In this document: piece after piece, positions 1-12,035 of the stretch
Layout: every line of letters begins with the position of its first letter
How positions within the stretch are numbered: position 1 is the stretch's first letter
The notes under the pieces: generated by a model
The model's input: the letters and a program-made list of their open reading frames with translations, nothing else
Databases searched by the model: none
Told to the model about the DNA's origin: nothing
DNA from: Planctomycetota bacterium
GTDB taxonomy: Bacteria > Planctomycetota > B15-G4
Direction of reading: 5' to 3'
DNA length: 39,482 nt
NCBI GenBank assembly: GCA_038212275.1
Contig: JBBQUR010000030.1
Span: 1 to 39,482 of the forward strand
Translations under genes and position numbers: made by a program

Positions 1-1
1 G

Positions 2-439
2 GGCGCGGGCGGCGCGGGCGGCGCGGAGGGCGCGGCCGGCGCGAACGGCGCGAACGGTGCGCCCGGCGCCGTCGTCCGCGTGCGGCCGCTCGACGTCACC
101 TCGGCGATGCTCTTTCCCAAGTGGACCTTCGAGCCGGGTGAGGCCGACCTCACCGTCATGCGCGTCGCCGCCGAGGGCCTGCAGGACGGCCGGCGCGTGC
201 GCATGGCGTGGGACCTCTTCGACCGCTACGACCCGGTGACCGACACGCGCAGCATGTCCCGCACGACGGGCTTCCCGGCCACGATCATGGCGCGCCTGCT
301 GCACGACCGACGCTTCACGAAGCCGGGCGTGCACCCGCCGGAGACCATCGGCGCGGTGCCGGGCCTGCTCGATGCGATGCTCGCGGAGCTGGCGGCGCGC
401 GGCATCACGTACACGGCAAGCACGCTCCCGATGAGTTGA
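2..439 (+). CDS. Saccharopine dehydrogenase family protein, C-terminal part (starts before the window)
   Basis: Frame open from base 2. RPLDVTS..LFPKW, DLTVMRV and [21 protein letters not shown] are typical of the Sacchrp_dh C-terminus. Confidence 0.85.
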   Translation, partial: GAGGAGGAEGAAGANGANGAPGAVVRVRPLDVTSAMLFPKWTFEPGEADLTVMRVAAEGLQDGRRVRMAWDLFDRYDPVTDTRSMSRTTGFPATIMARLLHDRRFTKPGVHPPETIGAVPGLLDAMLAELAARGITYTASTLPMS

Positions 440-478
440 GCCGCGGGCCGACGACGGCTGCGAGGCTTTCGGCCCGCG

Positions 479-487
479 TGGTAAGTT
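479..487 (+). promoter_or_regulatory. Possible extended -10 element (TG-G-TAAGTT) for the iorAB operon
   Basis: AT-rich motif in a GC-rich intergenic gap ~95 bp before the iorA ATG. Motif match only. Confidence 0.25.
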
Positions 488-581
488 TGCGGCGCACGGC
501 GAACGGGCGCAGCGGACGCACGTCGAGGTGCCCCGCAGCGCGCCACGCCGCGGCGACGCGTTGCGACGGAGGGCAGCAGCC

Positions 582-1052
582 ATGAGCGTGAAGCTTCAGG
601 TCAATGGTGCAAGCGCCGCGGTGGATGCCGACCCGGCCATGCCGCTGCTCTGGGTGCTGCGCGAGCATCTCGGCCTCACCGGCACGAAGTTCGGTTGCGG
701 CGCGGCGCAGTGCGGCGCGTGCACCGTGCACCTCGACGGCCGCGCGGTGCGCTCCTGCGTGCTGCCGCTCTCCGCCGCCGAGGGCCATGAGGTCACGACG
801 ATCGAGGGCCTGAACGGCAAGGTGCGCGACGCCCTGGTGGCGGCGTGGGTGGCGGAGGACGTGCCGCAGTGCGGTTATTGCCAGACCGGACAGATCATGA
901 GCGCGGCCGTGCTGCTCTCCGCCCGACCCGCACCGGACGACGCCGACGTCGATCAGGGCATGGCCGGCAACATCTGCCGCTGCGCGACCTATGTGCGCAT
1001 CCGCAGCGCCATCCATCGCGCGGCCGCCGCGCTGAAGGGCGGTGCGCGATGA
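582..1052 (+). CDS. iorA: (2Fe-2S)-binding small subunit, isoquinoline 1-oxidoreductase alpha / aldehyde oxidoreductase type
   Basis: [27 protein letters not shown] and GNICRCATY motifs. GGAGGG RBS before ATG 582. Confidence 0.93.
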   Translation: MSVKLQVNGASAAVDADPAMPLLWVLREHLGLTGTKFGCGAAQCGACTVHLDGRAVRSCVLPLSAAEGHEVTTIEGLNGKVRDALVAAWVAEDVPQCGYCQTGQIMSAAVLLSARPAPDDADVDQGMAGNICRCATYVRIRSAIHRAAAALKGGAR

Positions 1053-3304
1053 CGACGCCGGCTCTCGCGCGCCGTGATTTCCTGAAGGCTTCCGTGGCCG
1101 TGGGTGGAGGCCTGCTCATCGGCTTCCGGTGGCTGACGTCCGACGCGGCGGCCGGCATCGACGCGGGAGTCGGAGCGCCCGCAGTCGCCGGCGGTGCGGC
1201 GGGCGCTGCCGGTCTTGCCGGCGCTGCCGCGGGCGCGGCCGCGGCGAAGCACGCCGCGCAGTTCATGCCCAATGCCTTCGTTCGCGTCGGCACCGACGGG
1301 CGCGTGACCGTGATCATCAACAAGGCGGAGATGGGGCAGGGCGTGACGACGTCGCTGGCGATGCTGCTGGCCGAGGAGCTGGATGCCGACTGGAGTCGCG
1401 TGGGCTTCGAGCTCGCGCCGTCCACGCCCGAGTACGGCGACCCGATCTATGGCATGCAGATGACCGGCGGCAGCACGAGCATCGCGCACATGTTCGAGCC
1501 GCTGCGGCACGCCGGCGCCACCGCGCGCGCGTTGCTCGTCGCGGCCGCGGCGCAATCCTGGGGCTGCGCGGCGGGCGAGTGCTCCACGGAGCCGGGCGTC
1601 GTCGTGCACGCCGCGAGCGGCCGGCGCGCCAGCTATGGCGACCTCGCGACGGCGGCCGCCGCGCTGCCGGTGCCGACGGACGTGCCGCTGAAGGATCCCG
1701 CGAGCTTTCGCATCATCGGCAAGGCGATGCCGCGCCTCGACACGCCGGCGAAGGTCGCGGGCACGGCGATCTTCGCGCTGGACGTGACGCGTCCCGGCAT
1801 GCTCGTCGCGGTCGTCGCGCACCCGCCGGTGTTCGGCGGCAAGGTCCGCAGCGTGAACAGCGAGAAGACGCTCGCCGTGCCGGGCGTGAAGCAGGTCGTG
1901 ACCATCGGCAACGGCGTGGCCGTCGTCGCGACGGGCTTCTGGGCGGCCAAGCGCGGCCGCGACGTGCTGCAGGTGGAGTGGGACCCGGCGAGCGACGCCT
2001 CGCTGTCCAGCGCCGCGCTGCACGAGAGCTACCGCGCCCTGTCGCGCACGCCGGGCCTCGTCGCGCGCAAGGAGGGCGATGCCGCGGCCGCGCTGGCCGC
2101 CGCCGCGCGCACGATCGAAGCGGACTACGAGCTGCCCTACCTCGCGCACGCCCCGATGGAGCCGCTCTCCTGCGTGGTCGAGCTGCGCCCGGACGGCTGC
2201 GACATCTGGGCCGGCTCGCAATTCCAGACCGTGGATCAGGGCGCCGCGGCGGCCGTCATCGGCTGCAAGCCCGAGCAGGTCGCCGTGCACACCACCTTCC
2301 TGGGCGGAGGCTTCGGGCGCCGGGCCAATCCGGTCTCGGACTACATCGTCGAGGGCGTGCAGGTGGCAGCGGCCGTCGGTGCCCCGGTCAAACTCATCTG
2401 GTCGCGCGAGGACGACCTGCGCGGCGGCTACTATCGCCCGCTCTGGCACAACCGGCTGCGCGCCGGCTTCGACACGCGGGGCGCGCTCTCCGCGTGGACG
2501 CACACCGTCGTCGGGCAATCTATCGTCGCCGGCACCGTCTTCGAGGCCTTCATGGTGAAGGACGGCATCGACGACACCTCGGTGGAAGGCGCCGCGGACA
2601 TTCCCTACGCCATCCCCGCGCTCCAGGTCGAGCTGCACACCACGCAGCCCGACGTGCCCACGCTCTGGTGGCGCTCCGTCGGCCACTCGCACACGGCCTT
2701 CGCCGTGGAGAGCTTCATGGACGAGGTCGCGCACGCGCTCGGCGAGGATCCGCTGGCCCTGCGGCGCCGGCTGCTGGCCGGCAAGCCGCGCTGGCTCGGC
2801 GTGCTGGACCTCGCGGCGAAGCATGCCGGCTGGGGCACGCCTCTGCCGCACGACCGCGCGCGCGGCATCGCGGTGCACCATTCCTTCAACTCGTGGGTCG
2901 CGCACGTGGCGGAGGTCTCGATGCAGGACGGGAAGCCGCGCGTGCACAAGGTCGTCTCCGCCGTGGACTGCGGCCGCGTCGTCAATCCGGACACCGTGGT
3001 GGCGCAGGTGCAGGGCGCGGTGGGCTTCGGCCTGACGACGGCGCTCTACAGCGCGATCACGCTGCAGGACGGGCGCGTGGAGCAGAGCAACTTCCACGAC
3101 TACCGCATGCTGCGCATGCACGAAATGCCGGAGGTGGAGGTGCACATCGTGCCCAGCGAGGAGCCGGCCACCGGCATCGGCGAGCCGGGCGTGCCGCCCG
3201 TCGCGCCGGCCGTGTGCAATGCGCTCTTCGCGCTGACGGGGCGGCGCATCCGCAAGCTGCCCATCCGGCCCGAGGACCTGGCCGGGGAAGGGAGCGCGCG
3301 ATGA
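1049..3304 (+). CDS. iorB: Molybdopterin-binding large subunit (xanthine dehydrogenase family, IorB type) with Tat signal
   Basis: RRDFLK Tat motif; [33 protein letters not shown] and GIGEPGVPP motifs. ATGA overlap with iorA. Confidence 0.93.
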   Translation: MTTPALARRDFLKASVAVGGGLLIGFRWLTSDAAAGIDAGVGAPAVAGGAAGAAGLAGAAAGAAAAKHAAQFMPNAFVRVGTDGRVTVIINKAEMGQGVTTSLAMLLAEELDADWSRVGFELAPSTPEYGDPIYGMQMTGGSTSIAHMFEPLRHAGATARALLVAAAAQSWGCAAGECSTEPGVVVHAASGRRASYGDLATAAAALPVPTDVPLKDPASFRIIGKAMPRLDTPAKVAGTAIFALDVTRPGMLVAVVAHPPVFGGKVRSVNSEKTLAVPGVKQVVTIGNGVAVVATGFWAAKRGRDVLQVEWDPASDASLSSAALHESYRALSRTPGLVARKEGDAAAALAAAARTIEADYELPYLAHAPMEPLSCVVELRPDGCDIWAGSQFQTVDQGAAAAVIGCKPEQVAVHTTFLGGGFGRRANPVSDYIVEGVQVAAAVGAPVKLIWSREDDLRGGYYRPLWHNRLRAGFDTRGALSAWTHTVVGQSIVAGTVFEAFMVKDGIDDTSVEGAADIPYAIPALQVELHTTQPDVPTLWWRSVGHSHTAFAVESFMDEVAHALGEDPLALRRRLLAGKPRWLGVLDLAAKHAGWGTPLPHDRARGIAVHHSFNSWVAHVAEVSMQDGKPRVHKVVSAVDCGRVVNPDTVVAQVQGAVGFGLTTALYSAITLQDGRVEQSNFHDYRMLRMHEMPEVEVHIVPSEEPATGIGEPGVPPVAPAVCNALFALTGRRIRKLPIRPEDLAGEGSAR

Positions 3305-3984
3305 GGCGCCCTGCTCGCGTGCAGCGTCCTGCGTCCCTCGCGCTGGCCGGCGTCGCGGTCGTCGCCGTCGCGCTGGCGACCCTGACCTGCGGCTCGCCCT
3401 CAGGCACGAAGGCAGCGGCTACTGCGCACGGCGCGGCGACGCAGGCCGGCGCCGGTCCTGCAGCAGGCACGGTGCCGCCGGACGCGGCCTCGCGCGCCGC
3501 CGCCGTCGCGGCCTGGGACGTCGTCTACGGCGTGCTCACCGGACCGCGCTGCGCCAACTGCCATCCGGCGGCGGACAGTCCGCCGCTGCAGGGCGATGCG
3601 ATGGCCGTGCACGCGCAACTCGTGCAGCGCGGCCCAGGAGGTCACGGTGTGCTGGGCATGCGCTGCGCGGCCTGCCACCAGGACAACAACCTGGAGGCGG
3701 CGCACCTCCCGCCCGGCGCACCCAATTGGCACATGCCGCGCCCCGACATGCCGCTGACCTTCGTCGGCGTCGGCAAGCGCGCCTTGTGCGAGCAGCTTCG
3801 CGACCAGGCCCACAATGGCGGCAAGACGCCGGAGCAGCTCTACGAACACATGGCGAGCGATCCGCTCGTGCTGTGGGGCTGGGACCCCGGACCGGGCCGG
3901 GCGCCTGTGCCGGTGCCGCACGCCGAGGTCGTGGCCGCGATGGCTGCCTGGGTGGACGGCGGCTGCGGCTGCCCCGAGGACTAG
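3301..3984 (+). CDS. Di-haem c-type cytochrome-like accessory subunit of the IorAB operon
   Basis: CANCH and CAACH motifs, hydrophobic N-terminus ending [20 protein letters not shown] motif. ATGA overlap with iorB. Confidence 0.85.
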   Translation: MRRPARVQRPASLALAGVAVVAVALATLTCGSPSGTKAAATAHGAATQAGAGPAAGTVPPDAASRAAAVAAWDVVYGVLTGPRCANCHPAADSPPLQGDAMAVHAQLVQRGPGGHGVLGMRCAACHQDNNLEAAHLPPGAPNWHMPRPDMPLTFVGVGKRALCEQLRDQAHNGGKTPEQLYEHMASDPLVLWGWDPGPGRAPVPVPHAEVVAAMAAWVDGGCGCPED

Positions 3985-4057
3985 CCGCACGCGCGGCCGT
4001 GTCGGTGGCACCGGCTCTCGCGGCCGGGCGGCCTCCGCGGCGTGCCGGTGCGCGATG

Positions 4058-4900
4058 TCAGCGCTTGCGCGCCGACACGTAGAGTGCGTCGGTGCGCAGC
4101 GCCGTCACGCCCTGCCTGGAGAGATAGGCGATGTTGTCGTCGCGGACGCGCGCGGCGGCTTGCGGCCCGAGTTGCTCGATGATCCCGCGCAGGCCTCCGC
4201 CCAGCACGATGGTCCACCAGTCTTCCGGAGCGTGCAGCGGCAGGTCCCGCTGCTCCACCTCGACGGGTTCCAGTTCCTCGGCGTCGAGGTCCGCCTCGAG
4301 CAGCAGCGCGGACAGCGCGGCCGCGTCGGTGAGCCGCTCCCATGGATGATTCCGCACGGAGAGGTCCGGTCGTTCCGCCGCGATGGCCGCTCCGAGCCGA
4401 TCCACGGCGGGAGCGAAGAGGCTCGGCCCCCAGGTCGTGATGGCGAGCTGGCCGCCTGGCTTGATGAGGCGCCACAGGGCACGCACCTGGGCCGCCATGT
4501 CGGCCACGAAGAACACGCCGAACACGCACGTGACCGCGTCGAAGGATGCGTCGGCCTCGCCGAGAGCCCGCATGTCCGCCTGGCGGAACTCCATCTGGCG
4601 CAGACCCAGGCGCACGGACTTGTCGCGCGCGCGGGCGAGCATGCGCTCGGCCATGTCGCAGGCCAGGACGTAGCCGCCAGGACCTACCGCCTGCGCGGCG
4701 GGAATGGCAGACGCTCCGGTGCCGCACGGCACGTCGAGCACGCGCGCGCCGGGCTGCAGGGCGAGGCGCTCCACGGTGTGCCTTCCGCAGTGCGACCAGA
4801 AACTGAGCGGCTCGGCATCGTAGTGATCCGAGGCCGCGTTGAAGGTGTGCGCCGCGAGCAGGGCCGGGTCGATCGTCGTGCGTGTGGGTTGGTCGAGCAT
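4058..4900 (-). CDS. Class I SAM-dependent methyltransferase (UbiE-like)
   Basis: VLDVPCGTG, FDAVTCVFGVFF and LIKPGGQL motifs. Start placed at MLDQPT. Confidence 0.88.
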   Translation of the reverse strand: MLDQPTRTTIDPALLAAHTFNAASDHYDAEPLSFWSHCGRHTVERLALQPGARVLDVPCGTGASAIPAAQAVGPGGYVLACDMAERMLARARDKSVRLGLRQMEFRQADMRALGEADASFDAVTCVFGVFFVADMAAQVRALWRLIKPGGQLAITTWGPSLFAPAVDRLGAAIAAERPDLSVRNHPWERLTDAAALSALLLEADLDAEELEPVEVEQRDLPLHAPEDWWTIVLGGGLRGIIEQLGPQAAARVRDDNIAYLSRQGVTALRTDALYVSARKR

Positions 4901-4956
4901 GGGGCGGGGAGAAACATACCCGACAATCGAAGGGCCGGCCGGATGCGGGGTCGGGG

Positions 4957-5613
4957 TCATCGGGGCCGGTCGGGCAAGCCCTCTCCCGCAGCGCATTCGA
5001 AGGCTGCGGGGACCTGCGCGCGGAGCTGCAGCCGCGTGCCGGTTCCGGGATGGTCGAGCTCCAGGGAACGGGCGTGCAGCATCAGACGGGGGAATCCGCT
5101 GGCCCGCGAGGCCTCGCCATAGCGGCTGTCCCCCGCGATGGGGTGGCCGACGGAGAACAGGTGCGCCCGGAGCTGGTGGCGCCGGCCCGTGAGCGGCTGC
5201 AGGGCAAGGAGCGTGAGGCCCGGTCGCCGCTGCAGCACGCGCCAGGTGGTGACGCTCGGCTTGCCGTTCGCGAGGTCCACGCCGGTGCGGCCCGAGCCGA
5301 AGCTGCGCAGCGGCGTCTCGATGCGGCCGCTTTCATCTGCGACATCGCCGTGCACGAGCGCAAGGTAAGTCTTGCTCACGCTGCGCGCCTCGAATTGCAG
5401 GCAGAGCGCGCGGTGCGCCGCGGCGGTGCGCGCAAAGACGACGACACCGCTGACCTCCTTGTCGAGGCGGTGCACGATGAAGAGGCGGCCGTGCGCCTGC
5501 TGCAGTCGGGCAAGCAGGCAGTCGGTCGCGGGATCGCGCTCGGGGATCGTGGCGAGCCCCGTCGGCTTGTCGACGGCGAGCAACGTCGCGTCCTCGTGGA
5601 GGATCGTCGTCAT
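4957..5613 (-). CDS. RluA-family RNA pseudouridine synthase
   Basis: VDKPTGL, HRLDKEVSG (catalytic Asp), TGRRHQLRAHL, GHPIAGD..YG and LMLHA motifs. Confidence 0.93.
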   Translation of the reverse strand: MTTILHEDATLLAVDKPTGLATIPERDPATDCLLARLQQAHGRLFIVHRLDKEVSGVVVFARTAAAHRALCLQFEARSVSKTYLALVHGDVADESGRIETPLRSFGSGRTGVDLANGKPSVTTWRVLQRRPGLTLLALQPLTGRRHQLRAHLFSVGHPIAGDSRYGEASRASGFPRLMLHARSLELDHPGTGTRLQLRAQVPAAFECAAGEGLPDRPR

Positions 5614-5754
5614 GAGAATCGGGCACCCGCGGGAGAGTCGGCTTCCAGTGTGCCCCGACCGGACCCCCTCGTGCGACCAACCCGGGCGACGAGCCGCCGC
5701 ACGCGCGCTGCGTGCTGGGCAACGGGCGCCTCGGGAGGCTATCGTCAGCGGCCC

Positions 5755-7109
5755 ATGAACCGCCGCGTGATGCTCATCATCGTTCTCGTCCTGGCCGCCG
5801 GGGCCTGGTATGCGCTGCGAGGCGAGGCTGCAGAAGCAGGGCCGAATTACCGCACCACCGCGGTGGAGCACGGCGACCTGCTGGTGGCCGTCACCGCGTC
5901 GGGCACGGTGCAGCCGGTGACGCAGGTGCAGGTAGGCACGCAGGTCAGCGGCGCGATCCAGGCGCTCTTCGCGGACTTCAACTCCATGGTGACCAAGGGG
6001 CAGGTCGTCGCGCTGCTCGACCCGGCGACGTACGAGGCGCGTCTGGAGTCCGACCGCGCCAACCTGATCCGCGCCGAGGCCGACGTCACGCGTGTGCAGG
6101 CCCTGCTGAAGCAGGCCGAGAACGAAGCGCGACGCATGACGGATCTCATCGAGAGCAATCTCGTCACGGCCTCGGAATACGACCAGTCCATCGCCAACCG
6201 CGATTCGCTGCTGGCGCAGATCAAGGTGGCCGAGGCCACGGTCAAGCAGCAGCGCGCGGCGCTCGTCGTGTCCGAGGTCAACCTGCGCTACTGCACGATC
6301 GAGTCGCCCATCGACGGCATCGTCGTGTCGCGCAGCGTGGACGTCGGGCAGACGGTGGCCGCCAGTCTCTCCGCGCCGACGCTCTTCGTCATCGCCGCGG
6401 ACCTCGAGAAGATGCAGGTGCAGGCGGCCGTGACCGAGGCCGACATCGGGCGCCTGAACAACGGGCAGTCGGTGAGCTTCACCGTGGCTGCCTATCCGGG
6501 CGAGGAGTTCCTCGGCACGGTGAGCCAGGTGCGCCTCGCGCCGACGACCGTGCAGAACGTGGTCACGTACACCGTGCTCGTGGATGCCGACAATCCAGGC
6601 GGCCGCCTGCTGCCGGGCATGACCGCCGACCTCTCCTTCGAGCTCGACCGACACGACGACGTGCTGCTGGTGCCCGACTCCGCGCTGCGTTTCTCTCCGG
6701 AAGGCGAGAGCGCGAAGGGCGGCGAAGGCGGGCCCGGCGGCGCTCCCGGCTCGCGCGGCAGCGGCGAGCGCCCGGTCGGTGAAGGAGGGTCGAGCCGGTC
6801 CAAGGGCCAGGCGGTCGGTGCCGCCGGTTCTTCCGCGCAGGCCGTCGATCGTGCCGACGGCGCCGTCGACGTCGCCGTGGTGGCGCCGGCGGAGCAGCCG
6901 GGCCGCGTGTGGATCCTCATGCCCGAAGGCCCGAAGGCCGTGGACGTCATGGTGGCCCAGAGCGACGGGTTGCGCACCGCTGTGGTCGGCGGCGACCTGA
7001 AGGAGGGCGACGAGGTCATCACGGGCGTGATCGCGGCTCAGTCCGAGGTGGCCGGCAACCCGTTCTCCCCGGCTCCGCGGCGGTCGTCGGGCACCGGCCG
7101 AACGCGCTG

Positions 7110-7110
<1 letters not shown>
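5755..7110 (+). CDS. Efflux periplasmic adaptor subunit (MacA/HlyD-like)
   Basis: N-terminal TM; VQVGTQVSG..DFNS, ISPIDG-like IESPIDG..VGQTVAASLSAPTLF and LLPGMTA motifs. Confidence 0.92.
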
Positions 7111-7861
<751 letters not shown>

Positions 7862-7865
<4 letters not shown>

Positions 7866-9088
7866 GGGTCGGCGTGACGCTGGTGCTCGCGCTCAAGTCG
7901 CTGGCGCGGCATCGCGTGCGCACGGCGCTGGCCATGCTGGGCATCGTCATCGGCATCGCGGCGGTCATCGCCATGGTGGCCATCGGGCAGGGCGCATCGG
8001 ACGTCGTGCAGAACCAGATCGCGTCCATGGGCCGCAACATCCTCATGATCTGGCCGGGCGCCGCGACGTCCGGCGGCTTCTCGTGGGGAGCGGGCACGAC
8101 CGTCTCTCTCACGAGCGACGACACCGAGGCGCTGCTCAAGGAAGTGCCCGAGATCCGCGCGATCACGGCGACGGTGCGCACGCGCACGCAGATCGTCTTC
8201 GAGGGGCGCAACTGGAACCCGCAGACGATCAACGGCACCGACGCGTCGTACAGCGATGTGCGCGACTGGCAGCTCGTGGACGGCGACTACTTCACGGAGC
8301 GCGACGTCATCGCGTCCGCCAAGGTCTGCGTCATCGGCCTGACCATCGAGGAGAACCTCTTCCTCGGCGAGTCGAGCCTCGGCAAGACCGTGCGCATCAA
8401 GAACATTCCCTTCCGCGTGGTCGGCGTGCTGGCGCGCAAGGGCACCTCGTCCTACGGCAGCGACCAGGACGACATCGTGCTCGTGCCCTGGACGACGTGC
8501 AAGGCGATGCTGCAGGGCTCGGCCTTCCGCAACGTGGACCAGATCATGGCGTCCATCCGGTCGGCCGACGAGGTGGAGACGGCCATCGCCTCGATCACCG
8601 AGGTGCTGCGCGCGCGGCACCGCATCCAGCCGCGCGACCCGAGCGACTTCCGGCTGCTCACGATGACGGAGATGGCCTCCACCGCGAAGGACACTCAAGA
8701 GACCATGTCGACACTGCTTGCGGTCATTGCGTCGATCTCGCTGCTGGTCGGCGGCATCGGCATCATGAACATCATGCTCGTGTCGGTGAGCGAGCGGACG
8801 CGCGAGATCGGGCTGCGGCTCGCGGTCGGCGCGCGCGGCCGCGACATCCTGCAGCAGTTCCTCATGGAGGCCGTGCTGCTCTCCGGCGCGGCAGGGCTGG
8901 TGGGCATCGCGCTCGGCTACGGCGCCGCGACGCTGACGGCCAGCGAGATGGCCTGGCCTGTCTCCATCTCGTGGAACATCATGGGCATCGCCGCCGCCTT
9001 CTCGTGCGCCGTCGGCGTCTTCTTCGGCTTCTATCCCGCGATGCGCGCCGCGCGCCTCGACCCGATCGAAGCGCTGCGCTGGGAGTAG
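7862..9088 (+). CDS. ABC transporter permease (MacB/FtsX type)
   Basis: LGIVIGIAAVI, SLLVGGIGIMNIMLVSVSERTREIG and FFGFYPA..AARLDPIEALR motifs. Confidence 0.95.
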
Positions 9089-9150
9089 CCACCGCGCCGC
9101 GGCCACCGGCGTCACGCGGCGACTGGCGTCACGCCGCGACCCGACCCGGC

Positions 9151-9220
9151 GCGGTCCCGCGCGGTCCCGCGCGGTCCCGCGCGGTCAGCGCGGTCAGCGG
9201 AGTCAGCGGAGTCAGCGCGG
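9151..9220. repeat. Compound tandem repeat: (GCGGTCCCGC)x3 then G(CG/GA)GTCAGC x4
   Basis: Read directly. Lies between convergent genes; the last unit contains the stop codon of the haem-binding gene. Confidence 0.9.
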
Positions 9221-9703
9221 CTGCTGCGGACTCTCGCTCCCGGAAGTGGGTCGCACGCGGGCCGATTCCGCGGTGGCCCAGTCGGCCAGCAGCTTCAGGT
9301 CGGCGGGCGACAGGTCCGCTGACGGGTGCAGAGGCAGGTAGAACCACGGCGGCATCTCGCCCTCGGCCGTCTGCTCCACGATCTCCTCGAGCTTGTGCGC
9401 GCGCCGCTTGGGGCTGGAGAGATTCCAGGTGGAGAAATTCAGCTCGCGGCGGCCTTCCCTGACGTCGCGCTCGAGCAGCCACGAGACCGGCGCGACCGAC
9501 GCGTACCACGGCATCGACACTTCGTGCGAGTGGCAGTCGTAGCAGCTGCGCCGCAGGATGGCCGCCACCTCGGGCGGCGCCGCGATGTCCTCCTCGACGG
9601 GCGGATTGCCGAGCTCCACCGGCACGAACTGGATCGCGACGAACGCGACGAGAATCACCAGCAGCGCGATGCGCAGGACACGGCGGCTCGGTCGGAACTT
9701 CAT
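9212..9703 (-). CDS. Haem-binding domain protein (mono-haem cytochrome c, Haem_bd)
   Basis: N-terminal TM; RSCYDCHS, PWY..VAPVSW, LNFSTW and GEMPP..Y..LHP motifs. Confidence 0.9.
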   Translation of the reverse strand: MKFRPSRRVLRIALLVILVAFVAIQFVPVELGNPPVEEDIAAPPEVAAILRRSCYDCHSHEVSMPWYASVAPVSWLLERDVREGRRELNFSTWNLSSPKRRAHKLEEIVEQTAEGEMPPWFYLPLHPSADLSPADLKLLADWATAESARVRPTSGSESPQQPR

Positions 9704-9710
9704 GCGGGCA

Positions 9711-10097
9711 TCACGCGCCGACGCCTTCGGCGCCGAAGGGATTGTCGATCGCGAAGCGCCAGGTGCCGTCGGGCTGCCGGCGCACGACGTCGGTCGCGCT
9801 GCCCGCCATGATGACGGGCTTGCCGTCCTGTCCCGTGGCGACGAGCGTCCACGGCGCGAAGACGAGCGCGACGCCGTCGGTGTCGATCACGCGCCTCGAC
9901 GTCATCGAGAAGGTGCCGCCCAGCGCGAGGAGGTCGGCCAGTGCGTTGCGGATGGCCGCCGTGCCGTAGGCCGCCACGCCGGGCTGCGGGAAGAGCACGG
10001 CCTCCGGCTCGTACAGCGCCACGAGCGCGTCGAGATCGCCCGCGGCGAAGTGCCGCGAGAAGAGGCCGTGCAGTTCTTCGGGATTCCGGGCGTGCAT
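9711..10097 (-). CDS. NTF2-like / SnoaL-like protein (YybH / DUF4440 type)
   Basis: AGDLDALVALYEPEA and DVVRRQPDGTWRFAIDNPFG motifs. Confidence 0.88.
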   Translation of the reverse strand: MHARNPEELHGLFSRHFAAGDLDALVALYEPEAVLFPQPGVAAYGTAAIRNALADLLALGGTFSMTSRRVIDTDGVALVFAPWTLVATGQDGKPVIMAGSATDVVRRQPDGTWRFAIDNPFGAEGVGA

Positions 10098-10184
10098 GGA
10101 AACTCCGAGGAATGCGGTGGTGGCCGCGCAGTCTAGTGTCCGGGTGCGGCCGCTGGGAACAGGGCGCTCCGCGTGCGGTGCGGC

Positions 10185-11897
10185 TCAGGCGGGATCCATC
10201 GGCAGGTACGCAGGCACCCACATCGCGGCGGCGACGGCTTCCGGGATGTCCTCGCTCCCGAGGGGAGCGCGGGCGACGCCGGCTTCCTGCGCCTCGCGCA
10301 CCACGGCCGCCGCGATGCGCGCCGTGACGCGGCGCAGATCGCCGATGGGCGGGAAGACGTTGCCGCTCGCGAGGTCGTCGTCGCTCACCTCGCCGGCGAG
10401 GCAGTCGGCGGCGGCGACGAACATGCTGTCCGTCACCTCGGAGGCCTGCGCGACGATGGCGCCGAGGCCGACGCCCGGAAACACGAAGGCGTTGTTGCCC
10501 TGCCCGATCACGTGGCGAACGCCGGCATGCACGACGGGCTCGAACGGGCTGCCGGTGGCGACGAGGGCGCGCCCGTCGGTCCACGCCAGCAGATCCGCCG
10601 GCAGCGCCTCGCACGAACTCGTCGGGTTGGACATGGGCAGGATGAGCGGGCGCTCCACGTGCCGCGCCATCTCGCGCACGATCTGCTCGCTGAAGGCGCC
10701 TGCCTGGCCCGTCGTGCCGATGAGCACGGTCGGCTTGACGGCGTGCAGCACCGGGATGATGTCGCGTGGGCGGCCGGCGCCGAGGCCCGCGCGCGCGGCC
10801 AGCGCCGCGGGCCACGCGAACGGACGCTTGTGCTCGTCGGCGATGGGTTCGTCGTCCACGAGCAGGCCCTTGCTGTCGATGCATGCCGTGGCGGACAGCA
10901 GCGCGTCACCCGACAGGCCGGCGCGCTGCAGCGTGCTGCGGATGAGGCGCGCGATGCCGATGCCCGCCGCACCCGCGCCCAGCAGCACGATGCGCTGCTC
11001 CGGCAGCGGCACGGCCGTCAGTCGCGTGGCGGCGATGAGGCCCGCCACCGCCACGGCCGCGGTGCCCTGGATGTCGTCATTGAACGAGGGCAGCACGTGG
11101 CGGTAGCGCTGGAGCAGCCGGAAGGCGTTGGCCTTCTTGAAGTCCTCCCACTGCAGCAGCGCGTGCGGGAAGCGCCGCTGCACCGCGTGCACGAACTCGT
11201 CCACGAGCGAGTCGTACTCCGCGCCGCGCAGGCGCGGCTCGCGGTGGCCGACGTACAGCTCGTCCGCGAGCAGGCTGGCGTTGTCCGTGCCGACGTCCAG
11301 ACTGATGGGCAGCGTCTGCCACGGCGGGATGCCCGCGGCCGCCGTGTAGATCGCGAGCTTTCCGACGGGGATGCCCATGCCGCCCGCGCCCTGGTCGCCC
11401 AGCCCGAGGATGCGTTCGTTGTCGGTGACGACGATGAGGCGCACGTCGTCGAAGGGCGCGGCGCCGAGCACTGCATGAATGTTCCCGCGGTGGGCCGGCG
11501 TGATCCACAGTCCGCGCGGCCGGCGGTAGATGTGGCTGAACTCCTGGCACGCGAGGCCCACGGTGGGCGTGTAGATGATGGGCAGCAGTTCGGCCAGGTG
11601 GTCAAGCAGCACGCGCTGGAAGAGGTATTCGTTGCGGTCCTGCAGCGCGATGAGGCCGATGTGCTTCTCGAGCGCGTCGGTCTTGCGCGTGATGTGCTGG
11701 TAGGCGCGGTGCGCTTGCTCCTCGATCGTCGCGACGTGCGCCGGCAGCAGTCCGTCGAGCCCGAACGCGGCGCGTTCCGCCAGCGTGAACGCCATGCCGC
11801 GCGAGTACATGCCGTGCCGCAGCAGGTCCATGCCTCGATAGGGGCACTCCACCCGGAAGCGGCCGGGCGCCACCTGTTTCAGACCGTAATGACTCAT
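10185..11897 (-). CDS. maeA: NAD-dependent malic enzyme
   Basis: IIYTPTVG, VTDNERILGLGDQG, QWEDF, FNDDIQGT, GAGAAG, SNPT and QGNN motifs. Confidence 0.95.
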   Translation of the reverse strand: MSHYGLKQVAPGRFRVECPYRGMDLLRHGMYSRGMAFTLAERAAFGLDGLLPAHVATIEEQAHRAYQHITRKTDALEKHIGLIALQDRNEYLFQRVLLDHLAELLPIIYTPTVGLACQEFSHIYRRPRGLWITPAHRGNIHAVLGAAPFDDVRLIVVTDNERILGLGDQGAGGMGIPVGKLAIYTAAAGIPPWQTLPISLDVGTDNASLLADELYVGHREPRLRGAEYDSLVDEFVHAVQRRFPHALLQWEDFKKANAFRLLQRYRHVLPSFNDDIQGTAAVAVAGLIAATRLTAVPLPEQRIVLLGAGAAGIGIARLIRSTLQRAGLSGDALLSATACIDSKGLLVDDEPIADEHKRPFAWPAALAARAGLGAGRPRDIIPVLHAVKPTVLIGTTGQAGAFSEQIVREMARHVERPLILPMSNPTSSCEALPADLLAWTDGRALVATGSPFEPVVHAGVRHVIGQGNNAFVFPGVGLGAIVAQASEVTDSMFVAAADCLAGEVSDDDLASGNVFPPIGDLRRVTARIAAAVVREAQEAGVARAPLGSEDIPEAVAAAMWVPAYLPMDPA

Positions 11898-11985
11898 CGC
11901 ACCTCCGACACCATGCGGCGATCATCGCTTCGCAGGCAGCCGCACGATAGGGCGACACGGCGGATCGATCGAAGGGCCGCGCAGC

Positions 11986-12019
11986 GGCACACCGGCACAC
12001 CGGCACACCGGCACACCGG
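11986..12019. repeat. Tandem 8-mer (GGCACACC)x4, intergenic, upstream of malic enzyme
   Basis: Read directly. Confidence 0.9.
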
Positions 12020-12035
12020 AGCGGGCCGGCCGGGC

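Noticed and set aside
989..3145. Long antisense or alternate-frame ORFs (e.g. 989-3145, 10173-12590, 25182-27740, 28215-31091, 36475-37620)
   Set aside because: Arg/Ala/Gly-rich shadows of well-supported genes, expected at very high GC.
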